In this document: in pieces, positions 10,010-18,181 of the stretch | Position numbering within the stretch: position 1 is the stretch's first letter | Layout: each line of letters begins with the position of its first letter | Source of the DNA: an uncultured bacterium | GTDB taxonomy: Bacteria > Abyssobacteria > SURF-5 | Length of the DNA stretch: 49,123 nt | Assembly (NCBI GenBank): GCA_964607485.1 | Contig: CAZSKP010000020.1 | Coordinates: 1-49,123 of the forward strand | Reading direction: 5' to 3' | Program-made: the position numbers and the translations under genes | The notes under the pieces: model-generated | Databases searched by the model: none | Told to the model about the DNA's origin: nothing | What the model saw: the letters and a program-made list of their open reading frames with translations, nothing else

Positions 10010-10459
10010 TCACTCGCGAGCGCCGGCCATCCGGAGCACTGTTATGAGGTCCTTGCTGGGCTGCTTCAATGCCAGTCCTAATGCTGTTTCGCCTGCTTCG
10101 CTTTTCGCATGTATATCAGCCCCTTTGGACAGCAAGATCTGAGCGACATCGGTTTGTCCTCGTTCTGCCGCATACATCAAAGGTGTTTTTCCCTCCTCGT
10201 CTCTCGCGTTCACATTCGCGCCCTTCTTAAGCAATAGTTTCACAATATCGATGTGGCCCATCGAGGCCGCCATCATCAAGGCTGTATGACCATGGGCATT
10301 TGTCGCGTCCGGGTTCATTCCCGAGGATAGCGAGGAACTTACGGCATCGAGGTCACCCCATTTTGCGCTTTCAACGAATTTATTTTCGGGAGTGTCGCTG
10401 CAGGCCATGATACAGATCAATTGTCCAAACAAGAGAATGCCGGACAGAATGCGGACCAT
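10010..10459 (-). CDS. Ankyrin repeat protein, possible lipoprotein
   Basis: GHTALMMAA, GKTPLMYAA, GETALGLA repeats; hydrophobic N-terminus ending IMAC; start chosen at MVRILS. Confidence 0.85.
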   Translation of the reverse strand: MVRILSGILLFGQLICIMACSDTPENKFVESAKWGDLDAVSSSLSSGMNPDATNAHGHTALMMAASMGHIDIVKLLLKKGANVNARDEEGKTPLMYAAERGQTDVAQILLSKGADIHAKSEAGETALGLALKQPSKDLITVLRMAGARE

Positions 10460-10572
10460 GCGTACCCTTCTTTTGGCAAAGCCGCTTGGAAGCCGGCGGT
10501 TTGACTCAATGTTCCATTCCGGCGCATCCTCCTGAGAAGTGTTCCCGCTTAACAGGATATGGATCATACGTC

Positions 10573-11409
10573 TCACCCACGCGAAAATTCGGCTCCGCCG
10601 GTCACCGCGACCGCCTGGCCTACCATGTAATCGGCGGCTGGTGACGCCAAAAAGGCGACGACTTCGGCGATGTCGTCGGCGGTGGCGGCGCGTCCTATCG
10701 GAATCGCCTCGGCGACCTTCCGTCTGGCTTCTTCGGGAGTGGTGCCCTTCATGAACGAGAGGAATTCATATTCCTCGAATCCGAGGTCCGTTTCCACCAT
10801 CGCGGGGCAGACAGAGTTCACATTTATCTTAAAGCGCGCGAACTCCGCCGCGAGAACCTGCGTGATCCCGACCACCGCGAATTTGGAGCCCGTATAAGCG
10901 CCATAGAAAGGGGAGCCTCTCAACCCCGCGCCGGATGAGATGTTTATTATCTTTCCTCCGTTGCCCTCTATCATGTGGGGCAGGACAAGCTGGCAGCAGT
11001 GGTATATCCCTTTGACGTTGACCTCGAACGTCTTGTCCCACGCGGCCTCGCTGATGGTGAGAAAGGGACCGACTCCAACCCCGGTGCCCGCATTGTTGAC
11101 CAGAATGTCAATGTGCCCGAACTGTTCGACGACGGCCGCGACCATCTCTTCGATTTCGCTTCGCCGGGTCACATCAACTTTGAATGCTCTGGCCTTGCGA
11201 CCCAACTTCTCTATCTCTTCAACGACCTTTTCCAATTGCTCCCATTGGCCGAGATTGTAGAAGGCGAGGTCGCCCTCGTACTTGCGGCAGATGTCGCTTA
11301 TCATGACATCCGCGCCCATTGACGCGAGCTTGAGCGCGCAGCCTCTGCCGATGCCCAACGGTCTTCCGACCCCCGTCACTACCGCCACCTTGCCGTCCAG
11401 TTGTCCCAT
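10573..11409 (-). CDS. SDR family NAD(P)-dependent oxidoreductase
   Basis: VTGVGRPLGIG, LVNNAG, NISS, YTGSK; start at MGQLDG after GGAAGGA. Confidence 0.92.
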   Translation of the reverse strand: MGQLDGKVAVVTGVGRPLGIGRGCALKLASMGADVMISDICRKYEGDLAFYNLGQWEQLEKVVEEIEKLGRKARAFKVDVTRRSEIEEMVAAVVEQFGHIDILVNNAGTGVGVGPFLTISEAAWDKTFEVNVKGIYHCCQLVLPHMIEGNGGKIINISSGAGLRGSPFYGAYTGSKFAVVGITQVLAAEFARFKINVNSVCPAMVETDLGFEEYEFLSFMKGTTPEEARRKVAEAIPIGRAATADDIAEVVAFLASPAADYMVGQAVAVTGGAEFSRG

Positions 11410-11850
11410 GATTCCTTCCTTTCCGTAGTTGTTCCCAGCTCCGGGGATGCAAAGAGGTGCGCCCCCCACCGCTGAAAATCCACAAACCTTGACAATATTT
11501 GAATATTATAAAGCATGAAGGTCCATTTTGGGAGAGTCTTCAAAAAAAACCAGAAAACCGATTCGAAGGGGTTTCCGGGAGAGACGTTTCACCCCGAAAC
11601 GAGAACCCTCTTTTCACTGTTTGGACACCAACCCATGCATTTCAGCGCTGAAAGGCTGTTGCCTGCTTATTAGGAGAAACGACACTCTCCTAACTGGCAA
11701 AATTTGTAATGAGCACAGACGAAAAATGTAGCTTTGCTCTGACCATCTGCGGACTTCCGCCTGTTGCTCGCATGTTGCTGTAGCTATCTAAGCCATTTAA
11801 TTATAAGTAGTTGAGAAGCCAATGGAATCTCGACGGCCGAAACTGAGTTT

Positions 11851-11865
11851 TGGCACGATTTGTGT
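11851..11865 (+). promoter_or_regulatory. Possible sigma-54 (-24/-12) promoter of the pilin cluster
   Basis: TGGCACGATTTGTGT: perfect -24, imperfect -12; AT-rich IHF-like tract at about 11790-11816. Confidence 0.35.
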
Positions 11866-11917
11866 ACTCTGTACGGAGGTGAACAACTATTCGTTCTCTA
11901 CAGATGGGGTGACTGCT

Positions 11918-12322
11918 ATGGACGTGAGAAATATTCCGAATAAGCAGAGCGCCGGACTTACTCTCATAGAGTTAGTTGTGGCCATGTCCATCCTGGCATT
12001 CGGGGCGATCGCGGGGCTGTCTCTCATGGTTCAAGCCCAGAAAGCGAGTACTTCCAGCCGGGCCAAGACCATGGCCATCAATGCCGCCGAGCAACAGTTG
12101 GAGGCAGTGTTCAAGGAAGCGCCTTCGAGCGTGCTCGCATTCAATAACAACACCTTTCCCGTACGGAACCTCCAGAGGCCGGGGGGCGGCGACGCAGGTC
12201 TCATCACCGTAAGTGCAACCGAGCCTCACCTTGTAAGCGTGTCGGTTGTGTGGGAAGGTCAGGGCATATTGTCGCCCGGACAGATAACTCTTACTGCATT
12301 GAGGACCGAAGCGACGAGGTAG
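11918..12322 (+). CDS. Prepilin-type minor pilin/pseudopilin (PilV-like)
   Basis: Class III signal KQSAG|LTLIELVV with Glu5. Confidence 0.85.
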   Translation: MDVRNIPNKQSAGLTLIELVVAMSILAFGAIAGLSLMVQAQKASTSSRAKTMAINAAEQQLEAVFKEAPSSVLAFNNNTFPVRNLQRPGGGDAGLITVSATEPHLVSVSVVWEGQGILSPGQITLTALRTEATR

Positions 12323-12327
12323 CATTT

Positions 12328-13077
12328 ATGCGATTGAGCAAAGGGTCGAAAATAAGCGGTTTCACATTAATTGAAATGGCCGTGTCGTTAGGAATACTCG
12401 GGATGGTGACCTTGGTGGTCGCCGCGCTGCTGATTCGAACGGTCGATACGTATGGCCAGGTGATGGTCGAGACCGACACTACAAAGCATGCGCGGCATTG
12501 TCTGGAAATGATCTCGCGTGAAATGCGCGAGAGCGTGCAGACTCTAAACAGCATCTATCAGCCCGCAGCGGGACCGTTGCTGGGTCCCGTGCAGGATGCG
12601 CTCCTGCTCACCTCCGCAAGGCAGACCAAGGCCACCGCCGATGCTACGGGAACCGATATATTCAGACTTGGGCCGAACAACTTTGCACAGCCAAGCTCGA
12701 TAATCCTTTTCTATCTCAACACCACGCCCGAAGGCATCACCCAGCTCGTTAGACATCAGCTTTACTATGTGGAGGATCTGAATAGCTACTCCCCCCCCTT
12801 CATCCTGAAGATGGTGCCTTCCCCATACTCCGGTACGAACATTGTTGTGATCGATAGCGCCGGAACCCAGATAAACATAGACCGAACGACGGGCTCTGTG
12901 GCGGGAACACCGCCTCTCAACTCTCCCAAGGTCTTAATGAACAGGGCGATGTCGTTTGACATCGTGGTTAGCGGCCTTGATCCGGTGGAAGTGAGGCTCA
13001 TTTGCCAAAGCGTTGACCGTTACGGTCGCACTGCGACCTCTCGCTTGAGTACGCAGATCGACGCGCGTAACCTGTAA
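12328..13077 (+). CDS. Prepilin-type minor pilin/pseudopilin (PilW/GspJ-like)
   Basis: Class III signal KISG|FTLIEMAV with Glu5. Confidence 0.85.
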   Translation: MRLSKGSKISGFTLIEMAVSLGILGMVTLVVAALLIRTVDTYGQVMVETDTTKHARHCLEMISREMRESVQTLNSIYQPAAGPLLGPVQDALLLTSARQTKATADATGTDIFRLGPNNFAQPSSIILFYLNTTPEGITQLVRHQLYYVEDLNSYSPPFILKMVPSPYSGTNIVVIDSAGTQINIDRTTGSVAGTPPLNSPKVLMNRAMSFDIVVSGLDPVEVRLICQSVDRYGRTATSRLSTQIDARNL

Positions 13078-13106
13078 AGGCACTATTCAGGGAGGAGGCG
13101 TATTGA

Positions 13107-14717
13107 ATGATGTTGCCTTCATTGCGCTTGATGGATAACCGGGGCGTGGCAATTGTTGCGGTGACACTGGTGATGGTTGTGGCGGCGCTTTTGGGTGGCG
13201 CCATTATCGCTCAAACATCCCAGGACGCGCAACTGGCGAAACGCGCTTACGACGACAAGCAAGCCCTCTACTTGGCCGAAAGCGCCAAGGAAAGAGGGTA
13301 TCGGGAAATCATGAACGACGACTCGTTCACTCACTTGGACGGCAGCGGCAACAGCGTCGACGGTGTCATCAATAGTGTAGGCCTAACGGGCGGCACGTAT
13401 GACCTCGTGGCCTCGACCCTTACTGAAGCGCCGGCAAAGGTGGTTCAAATAGTCGGCACAGGCAACACGACCACCGGCGCGAAGCGTGTAACGGTGACCG
13501 CCGAGGTAATACGGGAGAATGTCAACATCTATAACAACGCCATTTTCGGCGGCTCGGGACAGACCGGAGGAGTCATCAACGGAAATTGCGCGATTCATGG
13601 GTCGGTGCATCTGCTGGGCGACGGTGTGGCCGATGGCGGCAGCTCGATCGAGGCACTCGATATGGGCGGAACCGCTCTGATTCACAATAACTACGAGGGC
13701 ATGCCCGCCGAACTGCTCGCGAAAGTACCGGCGCTGCCAACGACGGTGTATGGCGGAGAGACCATTTCCACTCTCGAAGCGAAGCTGCGCGTCAAGAACG
13801 GCGCCGTCGGCGTCTCGGGCAATTCGGAAATAGGGGAAGCCAATATCGTGGGGAACTCCTTCAAAGAGACGATGGATGGCATTTACATTGAGACCGACCT
13901 CTCCGAGACCCGGTGGACCGGAAACCAGGTTGTCGACGGCGTGCCGAACCCCGATAACGTCCAATCGGATAACGGCACGGAAGGCCTATACGACTTGAGA
14001 GATCTCGTTCACATGCCGCAGCTCGTCGGCGTGCCCTATACCGATCCGACTGGCACAAGCTGGACAAGCTATGAAGCATATTACACGGCGAACGCGTTGC
14101 ATCTGCCCGTCGCGCAACTCACGCTCGACGATACCAACGCGGCTTTGACTGCGTTGCAGACTGCTGGCCTCACTGTGACGGTCAATGGCACCAGGTTCAC
14201 GGTGACGGACGGGGTGAATACATTCACCTACGATCCTTCCGCGCCCGGTGGAGGAGCAAGATTGTCCGTTGACGGAATGGTCTGGGTCGAGGGTGACCTG
14301 GTCATTGGGAAAAACAATTTGGACATTTCTTATTCCGGTCGCGGAACAATATATGCCGGAGTCCCTGGAAGTGATTCGGGCGACATCGATATCCATTCCA
14401 ATCTGATGCCGGCGAACACATTTCCCACCGTCGATGTGCTTGGTTTCATGGCAAAAAGAGACGTAAACCTGGCAGCCGGGCCGGGCGACTCGCAACTCAT
14501 GATGGCCGGAGTTTTTTACGGCGGAAACCAAGTGTACTCCCCGAAGCAGAACAAGGTTGCGGGCACTTTTGTGGGCAACTATTTCGATATGGGAACAAAC
14601 GTGCCCAAGATATATCAAGTCCCCACACTGGTAGATAATCTGCCCCCGGGCATGATAGGTTCGGAGCCGATATGGCTGGTCACCGGGTTCCACGAGAGAA
14701 GTTGGCATGTCGACTAA
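13107..14717 (+). CDS. PilX/GspK-like pilin with large Gly/Asn-rich C-terminal domain
   Basis: NRG|VAIVAVTL lacking Glu5, QALYLAES motif, third position after the PilV/PilW-like genes. Confidence 0.8.
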   Translation: MMLPSLRLMDNRGVAIVAVTLVMVVAALLGGAIIAQTSQDAQLAKRAYDDKQALYLAESAKERGYREIMNDDSFTHLDGSGNSVDGVINSVGLTGGTYDLVASTLTEAPAKVVQIVGTGNTTTGAKRVTVTAEVIRENVNIYNNAIFGGSGQTGGVINGNCAIHGSVHLLGDGVADGGSSIEALDMGGTALIHNNYEGMPAELLAKVPALPTTVYGGETISTLEAKLRVKNGAVGVSGNSEIGEANIVGNSFKETMDGIYIETDLSETRWTGNQVVDGVPNPDNVQSDNGTEGLYDLRDLVHMPQLVGVPYTDPTGTSWTSYEAYYTANALHLPVAQLTLDDTNAALTALQTAGLTVTVNGTRFTVTDGVNTFTYDPSAPGGGARLSVDGMVWVEGDLVIGKNNLDISYSGRGTIYAGVPGSDSGDIDIHSNLMPANTFPTVDVLGFMAKRDVNLAAGPGDSQLMMAGVFYGGNQVYSPKQNKVAGTFVGNYFDMGTNVPKIYQVPTLVDNLPPGMIGSEPIWLVTGFHERSWHVD

Positions 14718-15285
14718 GGAGCGAGATATGCGCGGAAGCACAAGTTCGTCCAACACAACCATGAATAAGAAAGAACTGATTATAGGCGCAGGTGTCGTGC
14801 TTGTGCTGCTCTCACTGGGTGTTCTGAAAATCTTCCTGCAACCTCCACAATCCCCGAAGGTGGTGGCAAGGCCTCAGGAAGAGGCGGTCGTCTCCACATC
14901 CGACAATGTTTCGGCAACGATGAAAGCGAGAGAAAACATAAAAGCGAAGGCGAGAGAAAAGGCTCTTGCCGCAATAGCAAAAAACGAGGCGGCCATGAAC
15001 GCGAATTGGCAAGCCGCCGACACACCCGACCGCCTCATGGCGGTAGGTAACCTCTATCAGTATCAACTGGGCGACTATTATTCGGCGATCCAGAGGTATC
15101 GAACCCTCGTCGATGACTATCCTAACCACAGCGAAACGCCGCAGGCGTACATCGAGATTGCCGCCTGCTACGAGAGACTCGGCGATGAGGAACAGGCAAA
15201 ATATGTGTATAGCGAAATGGTCGAATCGCTGGATCCGTCTCTCCAGCATACGGCATACGCCAAGCTGAAGCTCGAAGGAAAATGA
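14707..15285 (+). CDS. Membrane-anchored tetratricopeptide repeat protein
   Basis: One N-terminal TM helix; TPR-like LGDYYSAIQRYRTLVDDYP and AYIEIAACYERLG. Confidence 0.78.
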   Translation: MSTKERDMRGSTSSSNTTMNKKELIIGAGVVLVLLSLGVLKIFLQPPQSPKVVARPQEEAVVSTSDNVSATMKARENIKAKAREKALAAIAKNEAAMNANWQAADTPDRLMAVGNLYQYQLGDYYSAIQRYRTLVDDYPNHSETPQAYIEIAACYERLGDEEQAKYVYSEMVESLDPSLQHTAYAKLKLEGK

Positions 15286-15408
15286 GCCGGCCGGGCGACT
15301 GAGCGCCTTCGGACCATCTGTTATTTCTCCGCTTCACGCCACCCACAGGGAACATACGACAACCTGGAAATCTCTGCCCCTTGTGAGATTCGCGAATGCG
15401 CTGCTGAC

Positions 15409-16659
15409 TCAGTGCGGCCTCGACGATTCCTGCAAGCCTAACCTGCGCAACAAGGAGAAGGGAGGAGCATCCAACCCCGGCAGGAAGATGGTGTCATTGG
15501 GCTGCGCCGTCTCCGCCGCATTGCCTCCTTCGTCGAGCATGGAAGCGATTTCATACCGGCGGTCGTTTCCGTTCGGCTGAACGCATTCGAGCACGTCGCC
15601 CCTTTGGATGCGCCCGCGCACCTCGACCTTCGCCCTGTCGGCTTCGTTGTCGGTCACGATGCCGACGAATGAGTGCGTGCTCCTGCGCTCTGCCCCGCCG
15701 GCAGGCGTGAGCCCCGCCTGCATTTCCCCCAGATAGAATCCGGTCGTGAAGTCGCGATTACTCGTTTTCCGGAGTTCGTCCAGCCACGCGGGATCGGGCT
15801 CGTAGTCGGCAGGGGAGGAGTAGTAGGCGTCGAGCGCGCGTTTGTAAGCTCGAGTGGCGATGCCAACGTAGTAGGTGCTCTTCATGCGCCCTTCGATCTT
15901 GAGCCCCCGCACTCCCGAGGAGATGATTTCCGGTATGTGTTCTATCATGCACAGGTCGCGCGAACTGAAGATCAGCGTTCCGCCTCGCCCTTCATCGACC
16001 TCAAGCATATCGTTCGGCCTGGTTTCCTCGACCAGCCTGTACGTCCAGCGGCAGGACTGCGCGCAGTCGCCAAGATTCGAGTCGCGGCCGACGAAGTGCT
16101 TGCTCATGAAGCATCTCCCCGAATACGCCATGCACATCGCGCCGTGGACGAAAATCTCCAGCTCTATATCGACGCGCGACGCGATCTCCGCAATCTCGTT
16201 CAAGCCGAGTTCGCGTGCCAGGATGATGCGTGAGGCGCCCAGCCGCTTCCATGACTCTGCGGCCCGCCAGTTAGTCACGTTTGCCTGCGTGCTGATGTGG
16301 ATTGGGATACGCGGAGCAGTTTCACGCGCAAGCTCGAATGCGCCCATGTCTGAAACCACGATTGCGTCGGGGGCGAGGCTTGCGATGGCCTTCAATTGCT
16401 CCTGCATTTCCGGGAGGTGCTCGTTGTGCGGGAACACATTCAGAAGGACGTACACGCGTGCTCCTCTGTCGTGCGCGTACGTGACGGCCCCGGCCATCTC
16501 GTCTATGGAAAAATTTTCGGATTTCGCGCGGAGGCTCAACCCCTGGCTCGACAGATACACGGCGTCGGCCCCGAATGCGACGGCCACTTTGAGCTTCTGA
16601 AGATTTCCCGCGGGAGCGACCAACTCCGCCCGGACGATGTGAGGTCTAGCCGCGCACAT
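15409..16659 (-). CDS. trhP: U32 family peptidase-like Fe-S protein (tRNA hydroxylation TrhP/YrrO type)
   Basis: ELVAPAG, HISTQAN, ARELG, HGAMCMAYSGRC, CAQSCRW, LKIEGRMKS; located after mltG. Confidence 0.8.
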   Translation of the reverse strand: MCAARPHIVRAELVAPAGNLQKLKVAVAFGADAVYLSSQGLSLRAKSENFSIDEMAGAVTYAHDRGARVYVLLNVFPHNEHLPEMQEQLKAIASLAPDAIVVSDMGAFELARETAPRIPIHISTQANVTNWRAAESWKRLGASRIILARELGLNEIAEIASRVDIELEIFVHGAMCMAYSGRCFMSKHFVGRDSNLGDCAQSCRWTYRLVEETRPNDMLEVDEGRGGTLIFSSRDLCMIEHIPEIISSGVRGLKIEGRMKSTYYVGIATRAYKRALDAYYSSPADYEPDPAWLDELRKTSNRDFTTGFYLGEMQAGLTPAGGAERRSTHSFVGIVTDNEADRAKVEVRGRIQRGDVLECVQPNGNDRRYEIASMLDEGGNAAETAQPNDTIFLPGLDAPPFSLLRRLGLQESSRPH

Positions 16660-17722
16660 TGAGGATCTGGTGTTTGAACACCGCTTCGTTGTGTTCTCTG
16701 AGCGAGGAGGAGAACTTGTGACGGCCGTTGTTCATCGAGACAAAATACAGGTAGTCGGTCTTCGCGGGCTTCAACGCGGCTCTGATGGCGGGGAGGCCGG
16801 GGTTGCATATCGGCGTCGGCGGCAGCCCAGCGTTCAAGTAGGAATTGTAAGGCGAGTCCAATCGCAGGTCGGCATAGGTGAGATGGATGCCGTAATTATC
16901 CAGCGGATAGCGGATTGTCACGTCGCATTGAAGCGGCATATTGCGGTGCAGCCGGTTGTAAATGACGCTTGCCACCAAAGGTTTTTCGTCGTCGTACAGG
17001 CTCTCTTTCTCGATGATGGAGGCGATGGTGACGATGTCGCGCAGCTTCAGGCCGCTGGTCGCGACTTCCTCTTGAATCTCGCCGGAGCAGACGCTCCAGA
17101 ATCTATCCACCATGATGCGGATCACCTTTTTTGTGGAAAGTCCCCGGGCGATCTTGTAGGTATCGGGAAAAAGGAAGCCCTCAAGGTTCGGTCCGTCAAC
17201 GCCCGCCTCTCTGCAAAACTCAGGGTCGCTGGCAAGACGCATAAATTCTTCCTCGTCCGCAAGTCTCATGCTTCCCAACAACTTGGCTATCTCTTTGAAT
17301 GTGAAACCCTCAGGAACGGTAAACCGATGGAGTGTCACGCGTCCCTGCTCCAACCAGGAGAGCACATCCAGCATGGACATCGACCTCTCGAAACGGTATT
17401 CGCCCGCCTTGAGATCGTGCGTGGAGCGCCGCGTGACTGCGGCAAGCTTGAAGAGGAATTTGCTCGATATGAGCCTTTCCGAGACAAGTTTGTCGCCTAT
17501 GTCGGAAACGCTTGAGCCGGGCGCGACCTCGACAACTGCGAATCTGGACTGGCCGACCTCGACGGTGTTCGCGCGCGTCAACGCCTTCTGGAGAAGATGT
17601 ATCACCAGCCAGAGTATGATGAAGAACACGAAGAAGCCGACGGCGATGAGCTTCTGGCGCCGGTGATCGGGGGATTCGTTTTCAAGATTGGTCATCGCTT
17701 TGTCGGCTCCGGGTTCTATCAT
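16646..17722 (-). CDS. mltG: Endolytic transglycosylase MltG
   Basis: N-terminal TM; LEGFLFPDTY, ASIIEKE, NRL..NMPLQCD, SPYNSY..GLPPTPICNPG. Confidence 0.95.
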   Translation of the reverse strand: MIEPGADKAMTNLENESPDHRRQKLIAVGFFVFFIILWLVIHLLQKALTRANTVEVGQSRFAVVEVAPGSSVSDIGDKLVSERLISSKFLFKLAAVTRRSTHDLKAGEYRFERSMSMLDVLSWLEQGRVTLHRFTVPEGFTFKEIAKLLGSMRLADEEEFMRLASDPEFCREAGVDGPNLEGFLFPDTYKIARGLSTKKVIRIMVDRFWSVCSGEIQEEVATSGLKLRDIVTIASIIEKESLYDDEKPLVASVIYNRLHRNMPLQCDVTIRYPLDNYGIHLTYADLRLDSPYNSYLNAGLPPTPICNPGLPAIRAALKPAKTDYLYFVSMNNGRHKFSSSLREHNEAVFKHQILNVRG

Positions 17723-18168
17723 TCCTCATCGCAGTCGGGAATCTCGGCTCGGTTGCAGTCGAGGTAATGCTGGAGCATTATCTGTGCCGCCACAGAATCA
17801 ATTATCTTGCGTCTCGGCTTGCGCCGCATGCCCGCCTCGATGAGCGATGCCTCCGCAGACGTTGTGGTGAACCTCTCATCCCATGGTTCAACGGGTATGT
17901 CGGCGTGCTTCTTCAACTCATTCAGAAAATCTTCCACTTTCCTGGTCTGTGGGCTGTAGCTGCCGTTGAGTTTCTTGGGCAGACCCACCACTATTATCGC
18001 CGCATCCTTGTCTCTCGCGGTCTTGACGATCTCATCGAAGTCGTCGGCGCTCTGAGAGCGGACGAGGACGCCCACGGGCTGTGCCGTTATACCCATCGCG
18101 TCGCTCACTGCTATTCCGATTCTCTTGTCGCCGACGTCGAGCCCGAGTATTCGTTTGCGGACGCGCAT
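17719..18168 (-). CDS. ruvX: YqgF/RuvX resolvase-like nuclease
   Basis: LGLDVGDKRIGIAVSD, WDERFTT, IDSVAAQIML. Confidence 0.95.
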   Translation of the reverse strand: MRVRKRILGLDVGDKRIGIAVSDAMGITAQPVGVLVRSQSADDFDEIVKTARDKDAAIIVVGLPKKLNGSYSPQTRKVEDFLNELKKHADIPVEPWDERFTTTSAEASLIEAGMRRKPRRKIIDSVAAQIMLQHYLDCNRAEIPDCDEE

Positions 18169-18181
18169 GATGTCCTCCGGC

